Shown piece after piece: positions 10,926 to 20,704 of a stretch of 64,000 nucleotides of DNA. Below the pieces are notes generated by a model. The model was given only the letters and a program-made list of their open reading frames with translations, was not told where the DNA came from and ran no database searches. Source of the DNA: a bacterium (GTDB lineage Bacteria; JACRDZ01; JAQUKH01); assembly GCA_028719205.1 (NCBI GenBank), contig JAQUKH010000001.1, positions 1 through 64,000 on the forward strand, read 5' to 3'. Both the position numbers and the translations under genes were made by a program. Numbering within the stretch: the stretch's first letter is position 1; every line of letters begins with the position of its first letter.

Positions 10926-12311
10926 TTAAACAAGTATTAACTCTTCACGTATTTTCTTTTCCGGCATTCCAACTTTTTTACAGCGCAGTATAATTCTTAA
11001 ATTTACTACTTCATTATATTTTTTCCATATATACCCGATAGGGACACCTATGGATAAAGAATTCTTATGATAAGCGTTAATTCCTTTTTTTATGACCATT
11101 TCTTCTATTTTTCTTTCCAGAACTGAAATTGTATTATATTCTAAAAAACGCTGCAGAACACTTTTTAAAACTATGCCGAAAGAAGTCGATTCTAATTCCT
11201 TTAAAACCTTTTGCACATCCATTGTAAGGCACATTTTTACGAATTTTCTTTCAGTTATTTCTTTACCGCCGTGAACAAAGTATTCTTCAATATTTTTTAC
11301 AACATCATCCTTACTGTATATTTTAATATTTTCAAAAGAATCTCCATAAAGATCCTTTTTGTTTTCCGCTTTATTCCTGAAATTATATTCACCTTTTGCT
11401 TTTTTAAATTTCCGTCCTAAAAAATTAAAACCATTTTTCCATAATCTTGAGAAAATATTTGTATGGAATTTTTTTGTAAAAATTATACCGCCGTATTTTT
11501 CTTCCTGAGTCATCATCTCCCAAAAAGAAATTTCATCCTTTGGGATATTTTTAGTTTTTTTAGCTTCTTCTTCAATCTTTTTTTCCATCAGGTCATTTAG
11601 ATCCGCAAGCTGTAATCGCAATATTGTAGTTGTATTAATAGCGTCTATCTCGTATGATATCAATTCTTCTAAAACCTTACAGTTGTAACTTCTGTTCTTT
11701 ATTATTTCAAGAACGTGCTGATAATACATCTTATAAAGTGATAACTCCATCATTGATAAGTTCTTTGTTTCTGTATATTCCATGAATTTATCAATTAAGG
11801 CTTTTGCGTAAGGAGACCCCCAGGTGGCTAACAAATCAATTACTTCTTTAATCGAATTCAGATGCGCTAATTGATCTAAAAACGGAGTGTCTAATTCACC
11901 GGCAGGGATAAGGCTTTCCATTATTTGCTCGGGCGTAGCTTTTATATGTATGCCCCTGAGCAAAGTAATTATATTATGCAGATCCCATCTTCCGAGCAAA
12001 AGCATAATCAGATCATGAGGCTCTCCAGCAGTAAAATTTAATATTCTCCTGAAATTGCGAGATAAATTTCTCTTGAGAGCCTCATCTACTCCCGCCATCT
12101 CTGATTTAGAAATGGCACACTCTTCAACTTCTGTCCTATAGGGTGATTTATCCATAAGGCTTATTAAACTCATAAATTCATGAGTATGCAATAATTCCTC
12201 ATAGAAATCACGGCTAAGAAGAACACTTTTCATCGCTCTCACCCGCGCGTTTATATATCCATAATCATCTATATGCGCGTGTGACTTAGCGTTCACTGAA
12301 AAGTACCTCAT
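10926..12311 (-). CDS. atpC: V/A-type ATP synthase subunit C with ~100-aa insertion
   Basis: YGYINARVRAMKS, WDLHNIITLLRG, EVVNLRIILRCK; true start may be GTG at 12296. Confidence 0.9.
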   Translation of the reverse strand: MRYFSVNAKSHAHIDDYGYINARVRAMKSVLLSRDFYEELLHTHEFMSLISLMDKSPYRTEVEECAISKSEMAGVDEALKRNLSRNFRRILNFTAGEPHDLIMLLLGRWDLHNIITLLRGIHIKATPEQIMESLIPAGELDTPFLDQLAHLNSIKEVIDLLATWGSPYAKALIDKFMEYTETKNLSMMELSLYKMYYQHVLEIIKNRSYNCKVLEELISYEIDAINTTTILRLQLADLNDLMEKKIEEEAKKTKNIPKDEISFWEMMTQEEKYGGIIFTKKFHTNIFSRLWKNGFNFLGRKFKKAKGEYNFRNKAENKKDLYGDSFENIKIYSKDDVVKNIEEYFVHGGKEITERKFVKMCLTMDVQKVLKELESTSFGIVLKSVLQRFLEYNTISVLERKIEEMVIKKGINAYHKNSLSIGVPIGYIWKKYNEVVNLRIILRCKKVGMPEKKIREELILV

Positions 12312-12876
12312 TGAGTTGGGTTCTTAGAAACTCTCTGGATTTAATCAAGCGTGACTCAAGAGTATTTGAAACAGAGATCCTATTGTCGTTTACATTCAGA
12401 GTTAAACCGCCTAAATAATCCTTATCAGCGCTGACTGTGTAATTTAAATTTAACTCTTTTAAGCTGCTACTGGCTAAATCTTTATCTTTAGGATTTACTT
12501 CAACTATTATTTTAGTTCCTTTGACCGCATCTAAAGATTCAATCAATAAATTCTTGAATATCTTTTTGTAAGCTTCCTGATCTTTACGGATATTACTCAG
12601 ATGCTTTTCGATATCGGAATAAATTTTAGAAGTAAATTCTTCTTTAGCCCTGGTAATCGCTTTTTTTCGAAGCAGATCTGATTCAATTTGGATCCTCGCT
12701 GAGTCGCCTTTTAGCTTTATATCCATTTTTTGAATATGAAACGTCTTTAAATTTTCAGCTTCATCTTCTGACTCTTTAATAATTTGCTGTGCCTCTCTTT
12801 TAGCTTTATCTATTAAATCGTCACGCAAATCTTTAGCTTCATTTTCAAGAGTTTCAAAAACCTTCTCTAATGACAT
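12286..12876 (-). CDS. atpE: V/A-type ATP synthase subunit E
   Basis: Coiled-coil N-terminus, LGGL..., SNTLESRL; operon position. Confidence 0.9.
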   Translation of the reverse strand: MSLEKVFETLENEAKDLRDDLIDKAKREAQQIIKESEDEAENLKTFHIQKMDIKLKGDSARIQIESDLLRKKAITRAKEEFTSKIYSDIEKHLSNIRKDQEAYKKIFKNLLIESLDAVKGTKIIVEVNPKDKDLASSSLKELNLNYTVSADKDYLGGLTLNVNDNRISVSNTLESRLIKSREFLRTQLNEVLFSER

Positions 12877-12902
12877 AAGTTAATTCTCCTGTGCTACTAA
12901 TG

Positions 12903-13196
12903 CTATTTAACAAAGAATAAAATCATTGCACCGACAACAAATCCTAAAACTACCATTGTTTCCGGAATAGCTACAAGGATAAATATTGTACCTGCTAATT
13001 CCGGTTTTTCCGCCATAGCTCCGCATCCGGCCTGCCCAATTTTACCCTGGGTCATTGCCGTCGCTATTGCTGTTAGAGCAACTGACAACATTGCTGCGAA
13101 CGCAACACCGATCTTTAAAATTACCGGCGCCATTGCAGACGAATTTGCTGCTACTACTGTAGCCACTTCTGCGACTGCCTGAACTGGTTCTGACAT
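12903..13196 (-). CDS. atpK: V/A-type ATP synthase subunit K (c proteolipid)
   Basis: Two TM helices, Q...EKPE...IPET; start reassigned to ATG 13196 (GGAGGTG SD in the end of atpI). Confidence 0.93.
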   Translation of the reverse strand: MSEPVQAVAEVATVVAANSSAMAPVILKIGVAFAAMLSVALTAIATAMTQGKIGQAGCGAMAEKPELAGTIFILVAIPETMVVLGFVVGAMILFFVK

Positions 13197-13197
13197 G

Positions 13198-15189
13198 TTA
13201 TTCACCTCCCATCTTTTTAAAAGGTTTGTATTCTGATTTTGCTGGTTCATAAAATTTAGAGAAACATTCAACTAAATGTAAACGCAGCGTATGTATTGAC
13301 GGACTGAAAGAACTTACTATTATATTAACTGAATGAAGTAATATGGCTAAAAATATTCCGGCAAGTTTCATTCCAATTCCTCCCATGCCGCCGATCTTTA
13401 CTCCTAAACTATTTGCAACTACCCCTAAAATTACTCCGGCCAATCCTATTGCCATTATTCTGGCATATGAAAACGCATTACTGAAAGTACCTAATATTTC
13501 CACAATTCCCCGAATACCTCCACCCATAGCAGCTAAAACAATTCCGATCGATATCGCAACTCCACCAAAAATTCTCAGAAATGCTATTTTATAAAATACT
13601 CCAATTATTAAAAGGATCGGTCCGATTATAATAACTGAAAAAATTCCTGCCTTTTCAAAAGCATGATCTCTGTTTTTTTCTCTTATCCCATTAATAAAAC
13701 CAAATATCAGACCAAACCCGATATGAATAACCCCCATTATTATGGCTAAAATTAAAAGTTCTTTCATAAATTTCATTCGATCCAACGGGAAAGGAATTCC
13801 CATTAGAATAGTTGGTTTAATTGGCTCAATACCAAAATGTTCAAAGACAACTTCCAGTCCATTTCCAAAAATTTCCATATACATAAAACCCCAGATTATC
13901 GCGCCAATGGAAGATATTCTTAAAACTTTTGACAATACTAATAAAACATCATCGCCTTTAGACGCGTTTTTCATTAGATAAGAAATACCGAAAATTATTA
14001 TTCCATAACCTATATCCCCAACCATCATTCCAAAAATGATCGGAAAAAATACAGCCATAAAAATTGTCGGGTCTATTCCGCCGTATCTTGGTTTTTTCAC
14101 AAAAGAATAGAAAAATTCAAATGGTTTGGCCCAGGCCGGATTATTAAGTGAGACAGGAGCTTCTTCCAATTCATGATGGGTAAGTTCTAATCTCAGTAAC
14201 GCGACTTTACCCAGAAATTCATTTATTAGCGCGAGTGAGCATTTTTCCAGGTCTTTTTCAGGAATCCATCCCGTAATAATAAAAGTGTGTCCAGTGCTTC
14301 CGAATTGAGGGATTACCTTGATCTCTTCATCTTTATCTTTCAAAACATTCCTTACTGCGATAACCCGGTGATGCCAGGTGGCGGATATATTTTCGAGGTC
14401 AGTATTAATAGTCTTTAATTCTCCGGGGATCTCCTTTTTCCTGTCATTAATTTTAGCTAACGCATTTTCAAAGGATTCTTTCGCGATTTCTTCAGGCAGT
14501 TTTATCTCATTAACTTTTTCCATTGAAAAGAAATCATGTACTGATTTGGAATAAATTTTGTTATAAATTATTATTATACCGATATTTTTCTCATCAACAT
14601 CAGCGGAAACCAAATGGCATTGTTTCTTGCATATATTTTCCAGTTCTTCTCTTAAGCCATCGATAGCCGCCTTATTTTCTTTATCAAGCAGAAGGGCAAT
14701 TGATTCGAATCCTTCAGTTGTACAAATTTGTTTAGCTAAAGGCTGAATTTTTTCCAGGATAGGTTCATATTTTGAATATACGAACAATTTCGCTTCAAGA
14801 TCATTCTTCTTCTCATAAAGTTCTGTAGCTTTTGTTTTTACACCATCAATTATCAGGTCAACCTCATGTAATAATTCGTCAAAGGTCCTGTTATATAGTT
14901 CTTTGTAAAGAGATCTGGTTTTTGCTTTATCGATCTTAGTATCTTTTAAAGTAATAATGATCCCGTTGATCTTCATTAGCGCTGACTCTATTTTTTTCTT
15001 CTTTTCAGCAAGGATAGGCTCAACGATCATAGGAGTTAAATAGGATTGCTCCGTTTCTGCATCATTTTCTTTTATTTCGCGGGTGATATTTTCGACATGA
15101 AGGGTTCCTACCTGGTGCATGTAGCTGACAACGTCAAGAAAAAGGCTTTTAGGCCCTATTACTTGTACTTTAGCCATTCTTAAATGCAT
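13198..15189 (-). CDS. atpI: V/A-type ATP synthase subunit I (a)
   Basis: IDPT, FGMMVGDIGYG, SYARIMAIGLA, HTLRLHLVECFSKFY. Confidence 0.95.
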   Translation of the reverse strand: MHLRMAKVQVIGPKSLFLDVVSYMHQVGTLHVENITREIKENDAETEQSYLTPMIVEPILAEKKKKIESALMKINGIIITLKDTKIDKAKTRSLYKELYNRTFDELLHEVDLIIDGVKTKATELYEKKNDLEAKLFVYSKYEPILEKIQPLAKQICTTEGFESIALLLDKENKAAIDGLREELENICKKQCHLVSADVDEKNIGIIIIYNKIYSKSVHDFFSMEKVNEIKLPEEIAKESFENALAKINDRKKEIPGELKTINTDLENISATWHHRVIAVRNVLKDKDEEIKVIPQFGSTGHTFIITGWIPEKDLEKCSLALINEFLGKVALLRLELTHHELEEAPVSLNNPAWAKPFEFFYSFVKKPRYGGIDPTIFMAVFFPIIFGMMVGDIGYGIIIFGISYLMKNASKGDDVLLVLSKVLRISSIGAIIWGFMYMEIFGNGLEVVFEHFGIEPIKPTILMGIPFPLDRMKFMKELLILAIIMGVIHIGFGLIFGFINGIREKNRDHAFEKAGIFSVIIIGPILLIIGVFYKIAFLRIFGGVAISIGIVLAAMGGGIRGIVEILGTFSNAFSYARIMAIGLAGVILGVVANSLGVKIGGMGGIGMKLAGIFLAILLHSVNIIVSSFSPSIHTLRLHLVECFSKFYEPAKSEYKPFKKMGGE

Positions 15190-15215
15190 AACAAGCCCCC
15201 CTATTTGATGTTAAA

Positions 15216-15563
15216 TTAGACATTAGGGATTATCTGTTTCAACAGATAATCGTACGCTTTACTGAAATTTTTATCGGCAGTATTCTTTACTTTTACAACA
15301 TCTTTGTCATCAAATTTACTTTTGTCGCGATTCAGCGCGGATAATTTTTGTTTGTAATAGGTTTCCGCCTCTTTTATTGAACTTTCCTGCGAATTCGCTT
15401 TTATCTCATGGGCTGTCTTTCGGGCATCAGCAATAATTCTTTCAGATTGTTTTTTCGCTTCAAGATATTTCCCGCCGAATTCCAGCTCTTTTTCTTTGAT
15501 TTTTTTCAGAGGGCTGTCAGCCTTTGGGTGTGAATCTTTATCATGATCATTCTTTTTTGACAT
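15216..15563 (-). CDS. V/A-type ATP synthase peripheral stalk subunit G/H
   Basis: Short charged coiled coil (EAKKQSERIIADARK), first gene of the operon. Confidence 0.75.
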   Translation of the reverse strand: MSKKNDHDKDSHPKADSPLKKIKEKELEFGGKYLEAKKQSERIIADARKTAHEIKANSQESSIKEAETYYKQKLSALNRDKSKFDDKDVVKVKNTADKNFSKAYDYLLKQIIPNV

Positions 15564-15608
15564 TTATCTCTCCTAATTTGATCAAGTTATTCTAAAATAA
15601 AGTTGATC

Positions 15609-15637
15609 AGTATATCGTAATTTTAACATTAAGTCAA
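15609..15637 (-). promoter_or_regulatory. Sigma70-type promoter of the ATPase operon
   Basis: TTGACT-17nt-TATACT on minus strand. Confidence 0.65.
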
Positions 15638-15644
15638 GCGAAAT

Positions 15645-15779
15645 TCAATCAATTTTTTTATTTTTTTCAATTTCCCTGATTATTTTATGTTGTTTTTGCC
15701 CAATATAGAACAAGTAAAAACAAATAAAGATCCAAATTATGCTATATGCCGCAAAAAGATAATTTAGATTTTGCATCAT
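15645..15779 (-). CDS. ccmD: Heme exporter protein CcmD (44 aa, not in ORF track)
   Basis: Manual translation MMQNLNYLFAAYSIIWIFICFYLFYIGQKQHKIIREIEKNKKID; single TM plus basic tail; AGGAG SD; directly after ccmC. Confidence 0.85.
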   Translation of the reverse strand: MMQNLNYLFAAYSIIWIFICFYLFYIGQKQHKIIREIEKNKKID

Positions 15780-15787
15780 TTAACTCC

Positions 15788-16462
15788 TTATGACCTGTTT
15801 TCAATCTCATCTTTAACTAAATATATACTTACATTAAGTATTATAACTAATAAATATAAAAAAGTAAATCCAATTATTGAAATAAATAATGTTTTTAACA
15901 TCACAGGATCAAGCCCCCCGCTTTTGCTGTTTAAAACAGCCTGCGGATGTATTGTCCTCCACCAGCGTATGGACATATATACTATCGGAACATCTAAAAA
16001 ACCAATAATGCCGAATACCGCAGCGGCCTTCGCGCCTTTAATCTCGTTTTCAGTGAAAGGACGGATAAAAATGTATGCCATATATATCATCCACAGGATC
16101 AATGTGGTTGTAAGCCTGGCATCCCAGGACCACCAAGCGTTCCAGATCGGACGGGCCCAGATCGGCCCGGTAATTAGAACAATAGTACAGAAAATCAGCC
16201 CTATTTCAGCGGATGAGCGCGCTATAATATCCCAGATCTTTTCTTTTTTCCATAGGAAAATAATACTCGAAACAAAAACTACAAAAAACGCGAAAAATGA
16301 AAGCCATGCGGACGCGACATGAAAATAAAATATTTTTTGGATGATCCCCATTGTCTCTTCAACCGGAGCTAAAATGAAAATATAATAAAGCGAAGCCTCG
16401 ATCATAAGAAACGTTATACCTAAAAGAAAAAGATATGTTCTATAAAAATATTTGTTGACCAA
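15788..16462 (-). CDS. ccmC: Heme exporter CcmC
   Basis: IFYFHV, WARPIWNAWWSWDARLT (WWD motif), WWRTIHP. Confidence 0.95.
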   Translation of the reverse strand: MVNKYFYRTYLFLLGITFLMIEASLYYIFILAPVEETMGIIQKIFYFHVASAWLSFFAFFVVFVSSIIFLWKKEKIWDIIARSSAEIGLIFCTIVLITGPIWARPIWNAWWSWDARLTTTLILWMIYMAYIFIRPFTENEIKGAKAAAVFGIIGFLDVPIVYMSIRWWRTIHPQAVLNSKSGGLDPVMLKTLFISIIGFTFLYLLVIILNVSIYLVKDEIENRS

Positions 16463-16557
16463 TTTTGCTCCCTGTCATAATTAACTGTTTACTGTTAAAT
16501 ATACCTGATTTTCCGGATTAAGTTACTTAATTACGCGACCGGCTCCAAAGGACTTAC

Positions 16558-17238
16558 TCACTCCTCGATCAAATATTCAAAAGTAAGATACGGAACCGTA
16601 ATAAATATTATATCAAACGCTGTAAGTAATTTTAACCAGCCTGATATTTCAGAAAATGACTTTCCCTGTAAAATACTGCCTGTGGTCTTTACTGCCGCGA
16701 GAATTAAAGGCACCATGAGGGGAAATAATAAGATCGGAAGCATGATCTCCCTCGTTTTTGTATTTACCGCCATCGCGCTAAGCGCGGTACCTAAACCGGC
16801 TATACCGGCAATACTAAGAAAGAATACTAATAGTAATTTCGGCAAAAACGGGAAAATGTTTATATTATAAAAAATAGTGAATATCGGAAGGCTTAACCCT
16901 ACCACAATAAAAATAAAAATAATATTACCCAGCATTTTCGCTAAATATATCGCGCCCCTGTCTATCGGGGTCAGCATAAGGCCGGAAATACAATTATTTT
17001 CACGTTCAGGCAGAAATGTGCGGTTTAATCCCAATACGCTTGCGAAAATATAGGCGACCCAGAGTATTCCCGGAGCGATCTCATTTATATATGACGCGCC
17101 AGGCTCAAATGTAAAATTGAAGATCACAAAAACTAAAACGGTAAAAATAATAATTGAACTGATAGTTTCTTTTGTCCTGAGTTCACTGATCAGGTCTTTA
17201 TTTATTATGGCCCATACTATTTCAAAATAATTTTTCAT
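16558..17238 (-). CDS. ccmB: Heme exporter CcmB
   Basis: KDLISELRTKE, PGILW, LPILLFPLMVP. Confidence 0.93.
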   Translation of the reverse strand: MKNYFEIVWAIINKDLISELRTKETISSIIIFTVLVFVIFNFTFEPGASYINEIAPGILWVAYIFASVLGLNRTFLPERENNCISGLMLTPIDRGAIYLAKMLGNIIFIFIVVGLSLPIFTIFYNINIFPFLPKLLLVFFLSIAGIAGLGTALSAMAVNTKTREIMLPILLFPLMVPLILAAVKTTGSILQGKSFSEISGWLKLLTAFDIIFITVPYLTFEYLIEE

Positions 17239-17945
17239 TTTGTCTTTATGCAGTTTAAATATATCTCGGAAATATTTTCTTTTTTTATGTTACTTTTATC
17301 TTCTAATAATCTTATCTCTCCGCATGCAAGAATAGCAATTTTTGTCGCGGTTGTCCATCCCTTTTCAAGGTCATGTGTCGTGATGATCATGGTTTTTTTA
17401 TCCTGATGAAAACCAAATAGAATATTTGTAAGTGAATCTGAAGCCTGCGGATCTAATCCCGTATATGGTTCATCAAGAAAGATTATCGCGGGGTCATGAA
17501 TAATGGCCCTGGCTATTGCGAGCCTTTGGCTCATTCCGCGGGAAAATGTGCGGACCAGGGTATCCCTGTGAATGGTCAAATTGAATTTTTCTAAAAGTTC
17601 ATCGACTCTGTTTTTTAAATTTTTAACGCCGTATAATTTGCCGTAGAAAAAAAGATTTTCTTCCGCGGTAAGATTTCCGTACAGGAACGAATCATGTGAT
17701 ATTATACCTATATATTTTCGGATGGACGGTTTATCGTCGTGTATTGATATCCCGCATATGGTTACATCTCCCGCTGATGGATGAAGCAGGGTTGACATTA
17801 TTTTAAGGAGGGTGGATTTGCCGGCGCCGTTCGGCCCGAATAGAGTAAGAGATTCGCTGTTACACAGACTTAAATTTACATTATTAAGAGCGACTTTTTT
17901 CCCAAAATATTTTGATACCTGCTTGACTTCAATGACACTATCCAT
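17235..17945 (-). CDS. ccmA: Heme exporter ATP-binding CcmA
   Basis: GPNGAGKST, FSRGM, LDEPYTGLD; overlaps ccmB. Confidence 0.9.
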   Translation of the reverse strand: MDSVIEVKQVSKYFGKKVALNNVNLSLCNSESLTLFGPNGAGKSTLLKIMSTLLHPSAGDVTICGISIHDDKPSIRKYIGIISHDSFLYGNLTAEENLFFYGKLYGVKNLKNRVDELLEKFNLTIHRDTLVRTFSRGMSQRLAIARAIIHDPAIIFLDEPYTGLDPQASDSLTNILFGFHQDKKTMIITTHDLEKGWTTATKIAILACGEIRLLEDKSNIKKENISEIYLNCIKTK

Positions 17946-18261
17946 TATTAGCCGATATTGTAGAAGCGTTTTCTGTCCCCGCCGCTATATGGTCTATTTC
18001 CTGGTAAATCAGAATGACTTTTGTTTTATATTCTTCGTGCAATTTTTCAAAATCAGAGGTTGACAGCTTTCCTGTTTTAAATTCAAACTCCAGGTCTTTT
18101 AATAAAGTAAACAGTACTTTTTTATGTTCATTTAATTCTCTTATTCTATCCTCGCCTGAAACCGTTTGCGCGGCAGCTTCTTCTTTTTTGCCTAAAAATA
18201 CCGGCAACAAAATAAAAATAATTCCAAATGAAGTTAAAACTGCTAAAATAATCGTAACCAT
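17938..18261 (-). CDS. CcmI-N-terminal-like small membrane protein
   Basis: N-terminal TM then LKDLEFEFKTGKLSTSDF; inside the ccm operon. Confidence 0.6.
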   Translation of the reverse strand: MVTIILAVLTSFGIIFILLPVFLGKKEEAAAQTVSGEDRIRELNEHKKVLFTLLKDLEFEFKTGKLSTSDFEKLHEEYKTKVILIYQEIDHIAAGTENASTISANNG

Positions 18262-18708
18262 TTAATCCTCTTTTTTGAATATTTCGAATTCTTCATTAAA
18301 CCGTTTATTATAATCAGTAATATCTTTAGAGGCTTCAACTATCTCTTTATCACGGAGATTAGTCTTTTCTCCTTTTGTGATCCATTTTTTAATGTAAACA
18401 AAAACAAGAACGAACGCGATGGTCAGGCCGATCACCGGGATCACATAAGGTTTAAATCCCATTCGTTTCTCTCTTGTAACTACCAGTACTCCCTCACCGA
18501 ATTGTTCCGCTACCGCGTCTAATATCTCATCTTTAGCTTTACCCTCTTTAATTAAGCTATTAACCAGAGAAACAATTTCCGGGCGGTCATGATCCGGACA
18601 TTTTATTTCAGCGCGAATATCTTCTACGCTAACCGCAAGAACAGGCTGTATCCCGGAAAATATTATCGCTGCCAGAATTATTAAAATAAAAACTTTTTTA
18701 TTTCTCAT
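18262..18708 (-). CDS. ccmH: CcmH/NrfF-like protein with truncated CxxC site
   Basis: Signal peptide, EIKCP..., EGKAKDEILDAVAEQFGEGVL, C-terminal TM; follows ccmF. Confidence 0.75.
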   Translation of the reverse strand: MRNKKVFILIILAAIIFSGIQPVLAVSVEDIRAEIKCPDHDRPEIVSLVNSLIKEGKAKDEILDAVAEQFGEGVLVVTREKRMGFKPYVIPVIGLTIAFVLVFVYIKKWITKGEKTNLRDKEIVEASKDITDYNKRFNEEFEIFKKED

Positions 18709-20674
18709 TTTTTTTCCTATTAGGACAAAAGGCTATTGTTGTCCCGATAAATATCACAATACCGCCCAGCCACATCCAGACCACCAATGGATTTATTAAA
18801 ACCCTGAAGGTAGCATTACCCGTGTTAGCATTATAACCGTTTAGTATTACATACAGATCATCTAAAAGCGTAGTAGCTATCGCAACCTCTGTCGTCGGTT
18901 GTTCATGATTAGGGAAAAATCCCTTTTCAGGCCGCAATTTATATATCGATTTATTATTTTTATAAACTGTTAATACAGCATAAACCGACTGTTTATCCGG
19001 ATGTTCGACAGCCTGCAGGTCATCATATGTTAATTTATATTTACCTATTTCAATTGTACTGCCTATTTTAATATTTTCCACATCCTTTTCAATGGAATAG
19101 GCTCCTATCCCTATCATTCCTACAAACATCATAACTATTCCAATATGAACAATATAACCGCCGTACCTTCTTTTATTGCTCCAGATCAGCGCAAAAAAAG
19201 ATGTAAAATAATTTTTCCCTGTATTCTGGTGCCGGATGATTGTCCCTCTGTAAAATTCCACGATAATAGCCATAATTACAAATACTACAAAAATGGAAGG
19301 AATCAGGGCAATTATTTTTCTGTTACCGAGTATATAAAAAACAACTAACGATATTCCTGAAATAATTACCGGTAATAGAAAATTTTTCTTAAAGTTTTGA
19401 GGTGAGGTTTTACCCCAGGAGATCAACGGACATACTGCCATAAGTATCAAAAGTAAAGTCCCGAGCGGAACATTCGCTTTATTAAAATAAGATTGGCCAA
19501 CGGTTAATTTGACTCCGGTAAATAATTCCGAAAAGACAGGGAACATTGTTCCCCAAAAAGTAACAAAGAAAATACTGAATAAAATGAAATTGTTAAAAAG
19601 GAACATATTTTCTTTTGAGATCATTGATTCCATCTCATTTTGATTTTTTAAATATTTTCTGCGGATTATAAGCAGCAAAAGCGATCCGGCTAAACATAAC
19701 GAAATAAAGCTGATAAAATACGGGCCGACACCTGTTTCGCCGAAAGCGTGAACCGAAGATAAAACTCCGCTTCGCGTAAGAAATGTGCCAAATACGCATA
19801 AAATGAATGTTAATATTATCAAAACCATATTCCAGGTCTTTAACATTTCCTTTTTTTCCTGGATCATCGCCGAATGTATAAAAGCGGTACCAACGAGCCA
19901 GGGCATTAATGAGGCGTTTTCGATCGGATCCCACGCCCAATAACCGCCCCATCCTAATTCCACGTATGCCCATTGCGCTCCCAGGAGAATTCCTAAACTC
20001 AGGAAAAACCAGGAAAACAAAGACCACCGCCTGATATCTTTTATCCATTCATTATCCAGTTTTTTACTTATAAGGGCCGCGATCGCGAACGCGAAAGGAA
20101 TAGTGTATCCGACATAACCTATAAAAAGTGTAGGCGGATGCCATATCATTCCTGGATTTTGCAAAAGCGGATTTAAACCGTAACCATCAGGCGGTGTAAA
20201 CATCTTTCCTGTTGTTGTGTCCATTACCCTGGTAAAAGGATCGGCAACACGGACCAGAACAAAAAGAAAGAAAAACTGTATAAAAGATATTATTGATATA
20301 ACATAAGGGAAAAATTCAATTTCTTTTTTCCTTTTTGTAAGAATCAATACTGCGTTAAATAACGCCATGATCCACGCCCAGAAAAGCAAAGACCCCTTTT
20401 GCCCCGCCCAGAAAGCAGAGATCGTATAAAGCAGTGAAAGCGTCCGGCTCGTATGTTCGTAAACATATTCAATGCTGAAATCCCTGTTAAGCAATGAATA
20501 TAATAACGCGAAAGAAGTAATAGAAACAAAAATAAAACTGACAAGTAAACCGTTTTTTGAGCTCTCCACCAGGGAATATGATTTAAATTTTATCCCGAAA
20601 ATAACCGCGATAAAAGTATAAAGGGCGAATACAGCGCTTATAATTAACGAATAGTAACCAATTGTTGTTATCAT
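18698..20674 (-). CDS. ccmF: Cytochrome c heme lyase CcmF
   Basis: WAGQKGSLLFW, HPP, WGGYWAWDPIEN, SVHAF. Confidence 0.97.
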   Translation of the reverse strand: MITTIGYYSLIISAVFALYTFIAVIFGIKFKSYSLVESSKNGLLVSFIFVSITSFALLYSLLNRDFSIEYVYEHTSRTLSLLYTISAFWAGQKGSLLFWAWIMALFNAVLILTKRKKEIEFFPYVISIISFIQFFFLFVLVRVADPFTRVMDTTTGKMFTPPDGYGLNPLLQNPGMIWHPPTLFIGYVGYTIPFAFAIAALISKKLDNEWIKDIRRWSLFSWFFLSLGILLGAQWAYVELGWGGYWAWDPIENASLMPWLVGTAFIHSAMIQEKKEMLKTWNMVLIILTFILCVFGTFLTRSGVLSSVHAFGETGVGPYFISFISLCLAGSLLLLIIRRKYLKNQNEMESMISKENMFLFNNFILFSIFFVTFWGTMFPVFSELFTGVKLTVGQSYFNKANVPLGTLLLILMAVCPLISWGKTSPQNFKKNFLLPVIISGISLVVFYILGNRKIIALIPSIFVVFVIMAIIVEFYRGTIIRHQNTGKNYFTSFFALIWSNKRRYGGYIVHIGIVMMFVGMIGIGAYSIEKDVENIKIGSTIEIGKYKLTYDDLQAVEHPDKQSVYAVLTVYKNNKSIYKLRPEKGFFPNHEQPTTEVAIATTLLDDLYVILNGYNANTGNATFRVLINPLVVWMWLGGIVIFIGTTIAFCPNRKKNEK

Positions 20675-20704
20675 ATTTATTTTCTTCCTAGTTGCTGACC
20701 GCTA

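Noticed and set aside
11300..11610. Intein in subunit C
   Set aside because: No C/S start, HN end or LAGLIDADG motifs
18570..18610. Selenocysteine or frameshift explaining the missing CcmH Cys
   Set aside because: Frame is open (TGT CCG GAT CAT GAC) with no in-frame TGA
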